From Octopus bimaculoides (lineage: Eukaryota), in NCBI RefSeq assembly GCF_001194135.2, contig NC_068985.1:49424121-49475508 (forward strand): 51,388 nt of DNA. The letters run 5' to 3'. Shown in pieces: positions 24,790 through 36,691 of this stretch. Below the pieces are notes generated by a model. That model saw only the letters and a list, made by a program, of their open reading frames with translations, was not told the origin of the DNA and made no database searches. Both the position numbers and the translations under genes were made by a program. Position 1 is the stretch's first letter. Each line of letters starts with the position of its first letter.

Positions 24790-24925
24790 ACAACTGACAA
24801 TTTCACTCACAAGGCATTGGTCAGTCTGAGGCTAGAGAAGAAAGCACTCATCTAAGATGCCATGCAGTGGGATTGAACCTGAAATCATGTGATTATAAAG
24901 CAAACTTTTTAACCAAGCAGCCATA
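24790..24925 (-). mobile_element. SINE group A head
   Basis: ttcactcacaaggcattggtc...gcagtgggattgaacctgaaatcatgtg...cagcc. Confidence 0.7.
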
Positions 24926-25000
24926 CTTGTATCTGTTTATAGTCATATTTATTTCTATTCATTTTTCTTATATTTATTTATTTTGCTTTTATTACACTCA

Positions 25001-25372
25001 TTGTTGTGTTAGCACTCCGTCGCTTACGACGACGAGGGTTCCAGCTGATCCGATCAGCAGAACAGCCTGCTCGTGAAATTAACTTGCAAGTGGCTGAGCA
25101 CTCCACGGACACGTGTACCTTTAACGTAGTTCTCGGGGATATTCAGCGTGACACAGTGTGACAAGGCTGACCCTTTGAATTACAGGCACAACAGAAACAG
25201 AGTGAGAGAAAGTTGTGGTGGAAGAGTACAGTAGGGATCGCCACCATCCCCTGCCGGAGCCTCGTGGAGCTTTAGGTGTTTTCACTCAATAAACACTCAC
25301 AACGCCCGGTCTGGGAATCAACACCGCGATCCTATGACCGTGAGTACGCTGCCCTAACCACTGGGCCACTGC
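25001..25372 (-). mobile_element. tRNA-derived SINE group D, full length, young
   Basis: Minus strand has A box TGGCCCAGTGG, a slightly mutated B box ggtgttgattccc, a CpG-rich body and tail ...gacggagtgctaacacaacaa. Confidence 0.85.
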
Positions 25373-25389
25373 TACTGCTGCTGCTTCTA

Positions 25390-25421
<32 letters not shown>

Positions 25422-25440
25422 GCTGCTGCTGCTACTACTG

Positions 25441-25470
<30 letters not shown>
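25370..25470. repeat. (GCT)n/(ACT)n trinucleotide tract
   Basis: Directly visible. Confidence 0.9.
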
Positions 25471-25471
<1 letters not shown>

Positions 25472-26609
25472 AGTTAGTAACACTTGTAATCCTGCCATTA
25501 TTGATGACATAACTGTGACAGCTTATAACATCGTTGAACGTCATCGTCATCATCATAAATAACAACATTACCATCACTATAACCATTATCATAACCAAAT
25601 CATTACACGCAAAAACAGGGAAGTTCATAGGACAATTTGATGAATTCATTCATATAAATAGATGTGTAGAATATCAAGTTTCGAGGCCTTTACCTTTATC
25701 TAGAAATGACAAAAAAAGATACAAATTTGTGGTGGAACCAGCGAGAGGCAAAAAGTTGCATCCCTGCCACACATACACCTCAAGGCAAATTTTTAAAAAA
25801 GGGTTGTTTATTTTGCTGTGTCCATGAATCACCATCTCAACTTTTGTGAGTTTTCCCCAAATTACACTACCCCTCCACCTGGCAGTATTAATCTTGAATC
25901 CATCCCAGAAAGTGGTATTATTGAGCAGATCAAAGTCAAGCAATCTCTAGGCAAGTAAATGGTTTACTTGCCTACAATGCAATGGAACTTAAGATTCTTC
26001 GCAGGACCTCAGAGAAGAATTTGGTAAAGTGGAACAGGACTGGCTTTAGGCCCTACAAGTGATGGAATCTTAAAATTCAAGAAAACTGCGAGTTTTTATT
26101 TTTTAAGTAGACAGTTACAAGCCTCTCTTAGGTTTGTCAGGCCCTAGACTGATATATCAGTTAAACTACTTCCTTCCTACACACATATATATACACATAC
26201 ATCTATATATGTCAATAAGTACACATATNNNNNNNNNNNNNNNNNNNNNNNNNNNNNNNNNNNNNNNNNNNNNNNNNNNNNNNNNNNNNNNNNNNNNNNN
26301 NNNNNNNNNNNNNNNNNNNNNNNNNNNNCATCACCACCACCTTCACCGTCATCATCACCACAGTTCTCATCTTATCAAACTTCCTCTGCATTATTGCTAT
26401 CATCATCGTCGTCATCATCATCATCATCACTACTACCTCTACAATCACTTCTACCATCATCCCCGCCCCCACCATTATCACCCAACCAACACTACTTCTA
26501 CCCCCATCCCTTCCCCCATTAATCTTAATCAATAAAAGTGTTTCACTTCTATCCAAAATATTGACAATTTATTGCGACAAATGCAATAAGAGGTGCACGA
26601 CAGAGTGGT

Positions 26610-26643
26610 GATGATGATGACGAAAATGACAACGATGTTGGCT

Positions 26644-26674
<31 letters not shown>

Positions 26675-26730
26675 CGAAGACAACAAGGACAGCAGTGATG
26701 ATGATGCTGACTGACAAGAATCATGTTGAA

Positions 26731-26772
<42 letters not shown>

Positions 26773-26780
26773 GCTGCCAG
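26610..26780. repeat. (GAT)n and (GCT)n trinucleotide tracts
   Basis: Directly visible. Confidence 0.9.
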
Positions 26781-26904
26781 AGATGGCAATGATAACAATG
26801 GTGATGATGATATAATACTTGGTACAAAGGAAACTGATTGAAAGTAACAGTCAGCTGCACATGATAGATCAAGACAAGAGAGAGAGAGGAGACAGACAGA
26901 CAGA

Positions 26905-26955
<51 letters not shown>

Positions 26956-29179
26956 AGCTGAGACATCACTGAGCCAGAAGAGCCAGCAGAGCCAACAGAG
27001 CCAGCCGATAAGCAGAACTGATAGCAGACAGAAACAAAAACAACAAAACAGAAAAAGGAGAAATCAGAAACGGTAATATATTCAGTCAAGCAATGAACAT
27101 TCGACTTATATTTCCATCCCAGACTCTTTTTCTTTCACTGTTTCTGGAAGGTGGAGGGCATAAAAAGATTAGAAAGAAAGATGAGCTGATGGCGCTGGGG
27201 AGAATTCTAAACAATGACAAATAATAACAGCAGCAGCAAAAGCAACAACAACAGCAATCACAACAATTGCCTTGCTTTGTTGACAATGTGTCGGGTATCT
27301 GATAATTGTTTTGGGGGGCATGTCTGGGTTATTACATTTGTCATGTTATTAAATATTTTCCCTGGTTTCCCCTATCCAATGGTATCTCCCCCTTTCTTAC
27401 TCTCTACTAAAAACAGAACCCTCTGACATATCTCTCTCTCTCTCTCTCTCCTTTTTTTTGGTTCTTTTTATTTATCTATTTTTTATTTCATTTAGCCTGC
27501 TAAAATAATAGGAACATATAGGCAGCCAAGGATAACTGGTAAATCAATAAGATATCATGGCGTTTTGTTGGTCAAACAGTCAACAGTATGTCACAATACA
27601 AACATTGTGCTCTATCCATGGAATACAGCACTTTCTAGTGTAGACCACAAGGCCATAAACAGGTACAGCTCGCTGGTGGAAGCAAAAGAAGGCACTTATT
27701 TACGTGGAGTCAATTTTGTAGACATATAGGGCTCAGTTCAAATCAGGCAATGGTCCAGAGGTGGTGAGCTCTATCAGTTAAACTTATTCCCTAAAGGAAT
27801 AGGTTCTGCTAGGTTGACTTCTATGTAAGGGATGGCTTATCCAGAAAGAACTTAGCTAGATATAATTACTACTGAAAAATGAATGATTTGTTATTGATGC
27901 TTCTTGTATAAGGAAGGGGATATCAATGTCAACAGCATTTTTAAGGGCCTCCTCTAACTGGAGGAGTTGCAGTGATATAAACCTTACAATCTACATCACT
28001 TAACACACCAAAATATAATTCTTTTTATAGCCACAACTTTTGTGCCACTTGCACAGGATTCAATCAGCTACAAGTGTTCTAATAGAAAGCAGAAAATATA
28101 TTCATGCTATACATTCACTACAAGGTTAATGTGGTTAAAGATTTCAATGAATTTGATGCAAATTAGTATTTGGAGTAAGGGTAACCCCTAAATAAATTAG
28201 TTTTAGGGTGAAAAGACTGAACAGAATGCTAATGTAATTGAAAGCACATAGACACTTGTATCCTACATCAGAACATAGAACTTAGGAAAACAAATGCAAC
28301 CTGATTTAAACTCACTCCACTAACGTAATTATCATCATGACTATAGCTAGGAATTCTGTATTTCTTGTAAGCATTACCTTTCTACCAACACACAAATACT
28401 ATAAGGTCTTTAGTGTGCATTAGTATTAATGTTAGTAATTCCTGCCAAGACAATATCACTTCTAGCATCACACACCACAATCAAAAACATACAGGAGTGC
28501 TATGTTGAGCATCAATCACATAACCCAGTGGTAGCCAGAGAAACCACATGGAGCTTATGCTAATGACTTTCAAGTGATGTTAAATCAGCCTCTATACACC
28601 TTCAAGTTTGAGAACAGGGAGAATCCCACTTCTCTGTCTCACTTAATTAGGAAACACAGGGATCAAGGGCAAAAACACCCTTATTATAACTCTGAATATT
28701 AATAGCTTTGTTATTTCAAAATATTACGTAACTGTAGCCCTTGCTTATCTGAAAAGTTCCAGACACTGAAACAGCCAAACTTTCTCTAAATAGAATTTCC
28801 AAGTATTATTTATCATTACAGCAGATTTTTCTCCTGGAAAATGTCCAGCCAGTTGAACATCCCATGCCAGGTGGTACTAATTCAAAATTTCAAACTGTAT
28901 AAGCCACACCAGGTAACCTACTTTTTTGATGAACAGAGACCTAAGTGGATCACCTCCCTTCTCTCTTAGTTGTTTGTTTTTGGACAAGTAAGGACTCCCT
29001 CTTTGGGGAAGCAAGAAAGAAAAAAGTTCATGATTAAGCAGACTGCATTACTAAAAAATTTCAAGGTAATTTTTAGTTGGTATACCATTCAGAAAATCCC
29101 AGTTTGCCCATGACCTCTTTAGGACCTATAACAATTTTGACCAATAAGAACTGACCTTAACAGTGACTAATAAGGAGTA

Positions 29180-29505
29180 CTTTGGTCATGAATGACCATG
29201 GGATTGCACCTAGAAAGTTATTCTCCAAAGCATAAGTCCAGGCAAGGTTGTTTATGAAAGACCAGCAGTCGCCCATGCATACCAGCCTCCTCTCTCCACA
29301 CCACTGATTTTATCCAAGGGAAAGGGCAAAGGCCAATGCAGCTTGGCACCAGTGATGTTACAACTCATTTCTACAGCTGAGTGAACTGGAGCAATGTGAA
29401 AAATAAAATGTCTTGACCAAGAACACAACACACAACCCAGTCTAGGAATTGAACTCACTACCTCATGATTGTGAGCCCAATGCTCTAACTACTGAATCAT
29501 GTGCC
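29180..29505 (-). mobile_element. tRNA-derived SINE group E, full length
   Basis: Minus-strand head with A/B-box-like motifs, central tgtgttcttggtcaagacattttatttt-cacattgctccagttcactcagctgtagaaatgag, and a long distinct tail. Confidence 0.8.
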
Positions 29506-29914
29506 TTCACTAAAACATCTGAAAAATTACACATATAATAGATGAATGTGTGTAAAACTGAGTAACGAATGAGTGAATCACCAGCTATTCTTGTTGACTG
29601 AAATATGATTAATAATTTTCACTCTACTAATAGTATAGATTCTCTCTATCATTAAATGCTTGCTGATATCTATAATTTTTTTTATTGATTAACAATACTA
29701 AATATTACATACTTACACACAAACACACACTTACATACACATTAGGGAGAGTGTTTGAGTGTGTGTGTGTGTATTCACATTTATTTCTTTTGCGTACATG
29801 TATGTGCACATATGGTTTCATGTCCATAAGAAAAACACAAACACTCATGTTCATTTGCATATTTATAAGTAAGCATATTTACACATCTATGTAGTTGTTT
29901 ATATGTTATTACCG

Positions 29915-31420
29915 TTATTACTCTTGAGCCACTACTACACAAACTGGAGGCATTGAGAGGTATCTCGCATGACCTAGGATGTGGGAGATGCATGTCAGCA
30001 TATGCTGACATCACCATAGTGGTGTCAGATCATAAGCACATAGAAATGATCAGGACCACTCTCAGGGACTGTGAAGCAATTTCAGGAGCAACAATTAACT
30101 AGAGAAAATCAGTGGGCTTGCGGCTCAGCATCTGGAGAAGCAAATCCATGCTGTCCAACTGTGTCGTTGGGTGCTGGATGGATGGACTGGTTAAATTGTT
30201 TGGGATCTGGTTCAGTCCGGACCTCCAGATGGACAAAACCTGGGACAAGGTAATGATCAGGGTGACTACTCTCACCTAGAAATGGGCCAAGAGAAAGCTA
30301 TCTGTGAAAGGTCAGGCAGATGTGGCTAATGCTTATATTGTGTCCATCATCTACTATTGCTTGACCGTCGTGCCTTGTCCTGGCTACTGTCTGATTATGC
30401 TGGAGCATATACTTTTCCGCTTCTTGTGGAAAGAACATGTCCCAATAGTCAGGTGGTGTATCGGCTATCAACACCCGCTGAGTGATGGCCTGGGCATGCT
30501 GTGGTTGATGATGCACAGACATGCGCTGAGGCTGATATCTCCAGTGCTTCCTTGATGGTGAAGAGGTGTGGTTGCCATTCACCAAACATGTATTTCCACA
30601 GCTAGTTTCTTTAATGGAGTTACAGCCCTGGGTAAAACAGAGACAGGAGGGATGGTTGGAAAGTGGAATGTCTTCAAGTGCTCACAGCCCTCAGCCAATC
30701 GGACACTGTGATAAGTGGAATGCCCACTTTAGCTTTTTATAGGAGATTAGAGGAGGAAAAAGTGCAATGATGATCTAGGGGAGACTTTAGATGTCAAAGA
30801 AAATCAACTAGCTGCTCTTTCCCGGAGAACTTTTGGCCCAGGACCGATGGATAATTTCCAAAATCCTCTGGCTTGGCAGAGAATGAAAAGCTGTGTTTAT
30901 ATGCCTGGTGGCAATGATGAAAGAGGTTGTATGGTGGACGAGATTGAAGGGGCTGAAGACAAATACTTTTCTCTTTGGCCAATCCCTGATCAACTTCTTC
31001 AGTTTCACTTGAAAAAGAAAACAAGGGTAGAGAGGGATGTGTTGTATTCTAGCCAATTTGCTGAAAGGTGGATGAAAGTGGTGAGAATGATGTGGGTGAA
31101 TAGGCCTGCCCTGAGCATATGCCTGTGGTTGCCAAAAAAAAAAGGAAAGGAAAAAGGCACCTGCCTTAAAAGTCAGGGTACCCATGGTTATTTTATGGGG
31201 TTTTTCTATAAGCAGCCCTTGAATGTCTCCTCCCTACTGAGGATCACACATTGATTTTTAAAAATTTTGTTGGTATTGTTTACATGCAAAACCCTCACAA
31301 CAACAAACACTCACACACATACACACACATTTTTTGTTTTTTCCTGTACTGTCCATATTGTTTTTCTTAATGTAAACCCTTGTAGCTAATAAAGAAAATA
31401 TTATTATTATTATTATTATT
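29915..31420 (+). mobile_element. 5'-truncated, decayed L1-clade (Tx1-like) LINE ORF2 with 3' UTR
   Basis: Hand translation: TLEPLLHKL...SAYAD-ITIVV...SGATIN*RKS...VKLFGIWF...RKLSVKGQADVANAYIVSIIYY...FRFLWK...DGLGM. It has stops and frameshifts, AATAAA at 31388 and a (TAT)n tail at 31399-31420. Confidence 0.85.
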
Positions 31421-31664
31421 GTTCAGTAGTTTTATTTTTATAATGTGCTTTGAGCGCAGCTCTGTGTGCCTTGGGTATGTGCTGTGGTTTGCTGTGATGC
31501 TCTTATGGTTACTGTATTGAAAGTGTTTTGCGTAGGATGTGTGCAGTACCCAGTAGTGCAATTTTCTGTATGTTATATATATTTGTAAGTTCTGGTGTTT
31601 TTGTTATGTATTTGTCTGAATATTTTTTTTATTATACCTAAGGTACCTACTATGATAGGAACTG

Positions 31665-31666
<2 letters not shown>
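31421..31666 (-). mobile_element. 5'-truncated R4/Dong-clade LINE 3' end (C-terminus of the RLE region plus 3' UTR)
   Basis: Minus translation TVPIIVGTLGIIKK(+1)YSDKYITKTPELTNIYNIQKIALLGTAHILRKTLSIQ*, the typical QK.ALLGTA.ILRK.L end of RLE-bearing non-LTR elements. (TAA)n lies on both sides. Confidence 0.85.
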
Positions 31667-31708
<42 letters not shown>

Positions 31709-32353
31709 TATTATGTGCATATGACAACACAAGTGTTCTTGCTGTGTTCTCTTTTCTCCATTGCAACTCCTTTCAGAAATAGTCTGTAAATTTCGCTGAC
31801 GCTATATATTTTAGTCGTTTAATCATTTATTTATATGTAATGTGTGTGCATGTGTGTGTAAGTCAGTGTTTGTGTATGTATGCGAGAGAGAGAGAGAGAA
31901 AAAGTGTGTGTGCATATATGTTAGTGTGTCAGTGAGTATGTATATGTGTATGCTCGTCTATGTGTGTGCGTGTTTGTCTGTGTGTGGGGGGGGGAAGAGA
32001 TAGTAAAGAGAGAGATGTGTGTATGTTTGCACACATATACACATATGCCAGTTATTGTTAGCAGTATTGTTAAGATAATCACTGGGGTTCCAGCTATAAA
32101 CATCTTGTCTTTTCAAGACTATCTTGGAATACTTCTTCCATGCCCTTCCTTCTTTCAAGACAGTCGGGTATAACTTGAAGGAGATATGGCTGTTATTTTT
32201 CATAGGTAAGCTATCATGTAGAGGCTACATTAATGGCAGTATTTGTGTATGTGTATGTGTATGTGTATGTGTGTGCATATAGTATACATACAGGCATGCA
32301 TACATGTGTGTGTGTATGCAGTACACATACATACCTATTTGTGTGTGTATGTT

Positions 32354-32426
<73 letters not shown>

Positions 32427-32887
32427 TAGTATTTATGATGCATGGATACATACACACTTACATACTTGTGCTTATCATGTGTGAATATACACCTACATAG
32501 TTCAGTGTTTATGATGTGTTTATATATACATGCATCAGTGCTTATGAGGTGTGTACATATGTATACCTCTATATGTCTCAGCAAATATAATGCTCGTGTG
32601 TATACATATATGTTAGTGTTTATGATGTATGTTAATATAAATGTAGGTAAATGTGATTATCTAATAATAACATTTTACTTGGTAAGGATGGGTAAGAGGT
32701 GATGATATTCAACAAAGCAGGTCATATCTACTTTTAGAGGACTCCAGCCCTTATTTGCACTATCTGAGGAACAGTATTCCAACCTTGATTACCATCTGTT
32801 TGAAAACCCAACCCATTATAACAGAGAAAAAAGGAGATAAAGTGTTTGCATTCAAAACATCGTCATCATTATTACTACTACTACGAT

Positions 32888-33180
32888 GAGGGAACATGGC
32901 CTAGTGGTTATGGTGTTGCATTCATGATCATGATATCACGGTTTCAATTCTTAGACTGGGTGTTCTTGAATAAAACACTTCATTTCACTTTGCTCTGCAA
33001 TCACTTGATACCTGACATGTTCAGTCACCTGATACCATGCACCAGTTCAGACATTGTCAATTTGATGGAGAGAGTGAACTAATGTGTAGCACGAGCATTT
33101 GATCACTATAAACAAATCATTTGTGCAGGTCATTCAGCAAAGCTGAACATGCATACGCCATCTTCAATGGGAGACTCCGT
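32888..33180 (+). mobile_element. tRNA-derived SINE with E-type head and a different tail
   Basis: tggcctagtggtt A box, ggtttcaattc B-like box, gtgttcttgaataaaacacttcatttcac central domain. Confidence 0.7.
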
Positions 33181-33217
33181 GACTACTACTACTACTACTA
33201 CTATTATCATTAAAATG

Positions 33218-33445
33218 GTAAGCTGGTAGAATTGTAAACACACTAGACAAAATGCTTAGCAGTGTTTCTTCCAGTTTATATTCTGAGATCAAATTCCATC
33301 AAGGCCAACTTTATTCATTCTTTCAGTACCATTTGAGGAAAGGGGTCAATTAAATTAGTACCAGTCAAGCACTGGGGTCAGTGTAATTGATTAGTCCCCT
33401 TCCCTCAAAATTTCAGGCCCGTATGCCTATAGAAGAAAAGATTAA
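33218..33445 (+). mobile_element. SINE group B
   Basis: ggtaagctggtagaattg...gagatcaaattcc...tttcaggcccgtatgcctatagaagaaaagatt. Confidence 0.8.
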
Positions 33446-33899
33446 ATCAGAACAATTATATTTGTCCCTCAACTGTTTAATATCAAATTACAAAAATAAA
33501 TATTGGTGGTCAGTCATGAGACAATCAAACTTTTGTATTGTATCGAGAACTCTTTTAAACAAAGAATTTACAGCCAAATTGCCTTCAAGTTTCACTAATG
33601 TCTTAAAATTTAGATCACAGCCTTGGGTGTCACAGCTGAGCATTTGAACTGAAGCTTTTTAGCTTAGTGAAGGACATAAATCTGTAGATTTGCCTTCCTT
33701 GACAACTTATATATGCACAAAGTTTTCATAACTATAGTCAATGTCTTGAAAGTATAATAAATAACCTGAAAGAATAGTAACCAGAGTAAGAATAAGGAAG
33801 AAAAAGTTCAAGGAGCTAGTTATTACTTCTACTAGAACTAAAAGGACTCTCTCTCTCTCTCTCTCTCTCTCCCTCCCTTTTTGAGCATAGAATAAATTA

Positions 33900-34370
33900 C
33901 ATGAGGCTTGTGTATGAAGTGTGAAGTTGCATAACAGCAATAATGGACACTGAGTACAGAGGATGCGTGAAGGCTGAAAAGAAATGAGTAAGCATGCTCC
34001 TGGATGTCAGGGTGTGTAATGTTAATATGCATAAACAAGGGAATAAAAAAAAAATGCAAGATAAAAACTGGGTGTATGAGAAATCAAATGTAGAGCATAA
34101 GAGAAAAGACTGCACTGTTATGGACATTTGATGTGTATGGACGTTGACAATCAAGTAAAGAAATGCCAAGTGAACCAAATGAAAGGATTCTGTGGTGAAG
34201 AAAACCAAGGAAGACATGGGAAGAAGTGTGAAAGCTGATTTCAAGAGATTAATCTTTCACTGAGGAGATAACAAAAGTTTACAACGAGTAGTAAGGTACT
34301 TTGCCGGTGAAGATCTGCCTGATCCCTCTAAGCATGGAAAAATGCAAACATAAAATGGCAGTGATCATCA
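33900..34370 (+). mobile_element. Decayed RTE-clade LINE 3' end
   Basis: WTLSTEDA*RLKRNE, RLHCYGHLMCMD (34107-34142) and KPRKTWEEV (34202-34228) match the RTE C-terminal motifs ETW.L, RLRWYGHV.RM and GRPRKTW. It ends aagcatggaaaaatg...gatcatc. Confidence 0.75.
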
Positions 34371-34846
34371 GTATTAAAAATTTATATGATGAGGAAAAGA
34401 CAATGTTAGCTTAATTACTAAACTATATTACACATTATAGCATGACTAGTATAGTGTACATAAACTTTTTAGTTATTGTGAGCCTTAATTCAGTAGACTT
34501 AGGATCAAGGTTGTTCTAACTACAGCCGTTTCATCTTTTTCTATATCAGAGACTACACTGTGTCATTTGTGTCTTCCCTATTTTTAAAATGGTAGGATGA
34601 GATTTGGAGAAGATTTAACTACTATTTCTTGTAGGTTGAGCAACTGTATAGAGGATTCCCATTGCACTATTTTTAACCACAGAGCCATGATTGCATCCTT
34701 TCTTCCAAATCATAAAGCTGACATGTTCCCCCTCACAACATCACACACTTTGATTCCTCCTCACCAGACAAGACAATGGCCTCTCTGCTATATTCAGTTC
34801 TTTCAAAGCAGTTGAAACTTTTATGAAGCATTTATTATTTCATTAC

Positions 34847-35038
34847 CTTCAGGGTGAACTGGTGATAGCAACAACAATGACAACAATAATTTGCAATATC
34901 CACATTAAATGAATAACCATTCCTTGCTGATAGATTCCTTAGTTTCCCTGTTCTTCTTTCATTGCTATAACTTGATCTTGTCACCTCACAATATTGATCA
35001 CCTCTCCCCTTAGGACCTTTGCTGGCAATTGCCTTCAT
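34847..35038 (-). CDS. Weak candidate coding exon (MKAIASKGPKGRGDQ...QFTLK), phase 0
   Basis: 64 open codons from ATG end exactly at a donor-like GAAG|gtaatg. A possible acceptor tttcttcaag| lies at 35093. No homology recognised. Confidence 0.2.
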
Positions 35039-35455
35039 TTTTCTGTTTTGTTCTGAATTCCCTCAAGATTTTTCCAATCTCACAGAGAAGTACTTGAAGA
35101 AATAAATAAACAAGGAAAACCAACAAAGAAAAAAGCAACTAAAATGGAAGAAATTTTCGTTAAAGAAAGAAATGGCAAAAATATGATATGAAAGGTAAGT
35201 AAAAGGATAAAATGAAGGAAAGAAAAGGAAAAAAAGTAACTAAAAAAGAAATTGCTGTAAGTGAAAGAAAGAAGAGAAATTATGGAAAAATAGAGATAAA
35301 CATCCCATTCATTCATTTTACATGGTTCATTCAATAGAAAATGGAAAATACTTGTATGTTGAGAATTTTTTTCCTTGAATTGCACCAAAATATCAAGAAT
35401 TCTTCAAAACATGAGTAATGCAGTAAAAAAAGTGAATTAAGAAATTCTTAAACTT

Positions 35456-35497
<42 letters not shown>

Positions 35498-35599
35498 GCT
35501 AGTTGTCACTCTCAAGAGAGTATGACCAGGTATATGTATCATACTTTTGTTAACTGTTTTAGGTGTCAATGTAGTTGCAAGCAGGCAGACAAACTTTTG

Positions 35600-35778
35600 A
35601 CCTGCAACCATTGACCCAACAGAACATCCAGGATATGGTGGCCGAAGAGACAGAAAGCTGCACCAGCACTCAGCAGGTAAGGTATTCTTCAGTAGTCGTG
35701 TTACCTGGTCCAGGAATTGAACTCATGATCATATGATCATGAGCCAAACACCCTAACCATTAGGCCACACATCTCCAC
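35600..35778 (-). mobile_element. tRNA-derived SINE head (E-like) with divergent body
   Basis: ggtccaggaattgaactc-atgatc...ccaaacaccctaaccattaggccac. Confidence 0.55.
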
Positions 35779-35924
35779 CATGTTTTATAGAAACACACAC
35801 ATACACACATACATTTGCTAGTTTTTGTCATTGTACCGTTAAGGGACATAAAACATGATGAAGCATTTCGTTCAATCGTTTAGTGATTTTATCAATCCAC
35901 CATCCTTGAATGAATCTAAAATAT

Positions 35925-36140
35925 TAGTTTCAAATTTTGGCACAAGGCCTGCAATTTCAAGGAAGAGCATAAGTTAATTACATCACCTATAGTGCTCAAC
36001 TAGTACTTATTTTATCAACCCCAAAAGAACAAAAATCCAGGTCGACCTCAGCAGAATTTGAACTCAGAACATAAAGATGGATGAAATGCTACTTAGCATT
36101 TTGCCCAGTGCACAAACAATTCAGCTAGTTTGCTGCCTTA
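35925..36140 (-). mobile_element. SINE group B
   Basis: aaattttggcacaaggcc...gtcgacctcagcagaatttgaactcagaac...gctgcctt. Confidence 0.8.
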
Positions 36141-36691
36141 AATGAATCTAAAATATTATAAAAGACAAAAAATCAACAGTATAAGTGTACAGAAATAGAA
36201 GCATGAAGAAGAGAATTGTTTAAAGTAACAAATAAGAACCTCCTATCTCTCTACCAATGATTTCATGACCTTACTCTTCTATCAACAATTTCCTCACCTT
36301 CATCTCCCTCTACCAACAACCTCATCATCTATCTATTGCTCTACCAACATCATGACCTACCTATCTAAAATGACTTCATGACCCTCTTGTCTTTCTACTA
36401 TTGATCTCAATACTATTGATCTCAAAACTAGTTTCAAGGTTATCTGGACTTAAAAAGCTTTGGATTGACAGGGTAACTACTTGAGGTGGATGTCAAAACA
36501 AAGATAGATTTAGGAAGAAATGGTTAAAGGAAATTGAATAGATAAGGTATAAGACATGATTGAGACACGTGGGGAGATGAGTTGTTGCATTGGGAAAGTC
36601 TCTATATAGTCATTAAGCCTGTTAGCAACGGCCATCAAATTTCCATCATAGTAAAACTTACCATCTTAAAAAAAAGATACATTAATACATA

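Noticed and set aside
25300-25372. tRNA gene
   Set aside because: A/B boxes are present, but there is no acceptor-stem closure and the sequence continues into a SINE body. The same applies to all SINE heads.
26529-26872. Poly-Q / poly-A / poly-M ORFs
   Set aside because: Pure trinucleotide tracts without supporting splice sites or complex flanking peptide.
27520-27730. Plus-strand open frame ...LLVKQSTVCHNTNIVLYPWNTAL...GVNFVDI*
   Set aside because: No start or splice context and no recognisable family; the length is within chance expectation.
36240-36425. Degenerate ctctaccaa(c/t)...catgacc reiterations plus a 15-bp duplication
   Set aside because: Too irregular to define a unit; probably old slippage debris.
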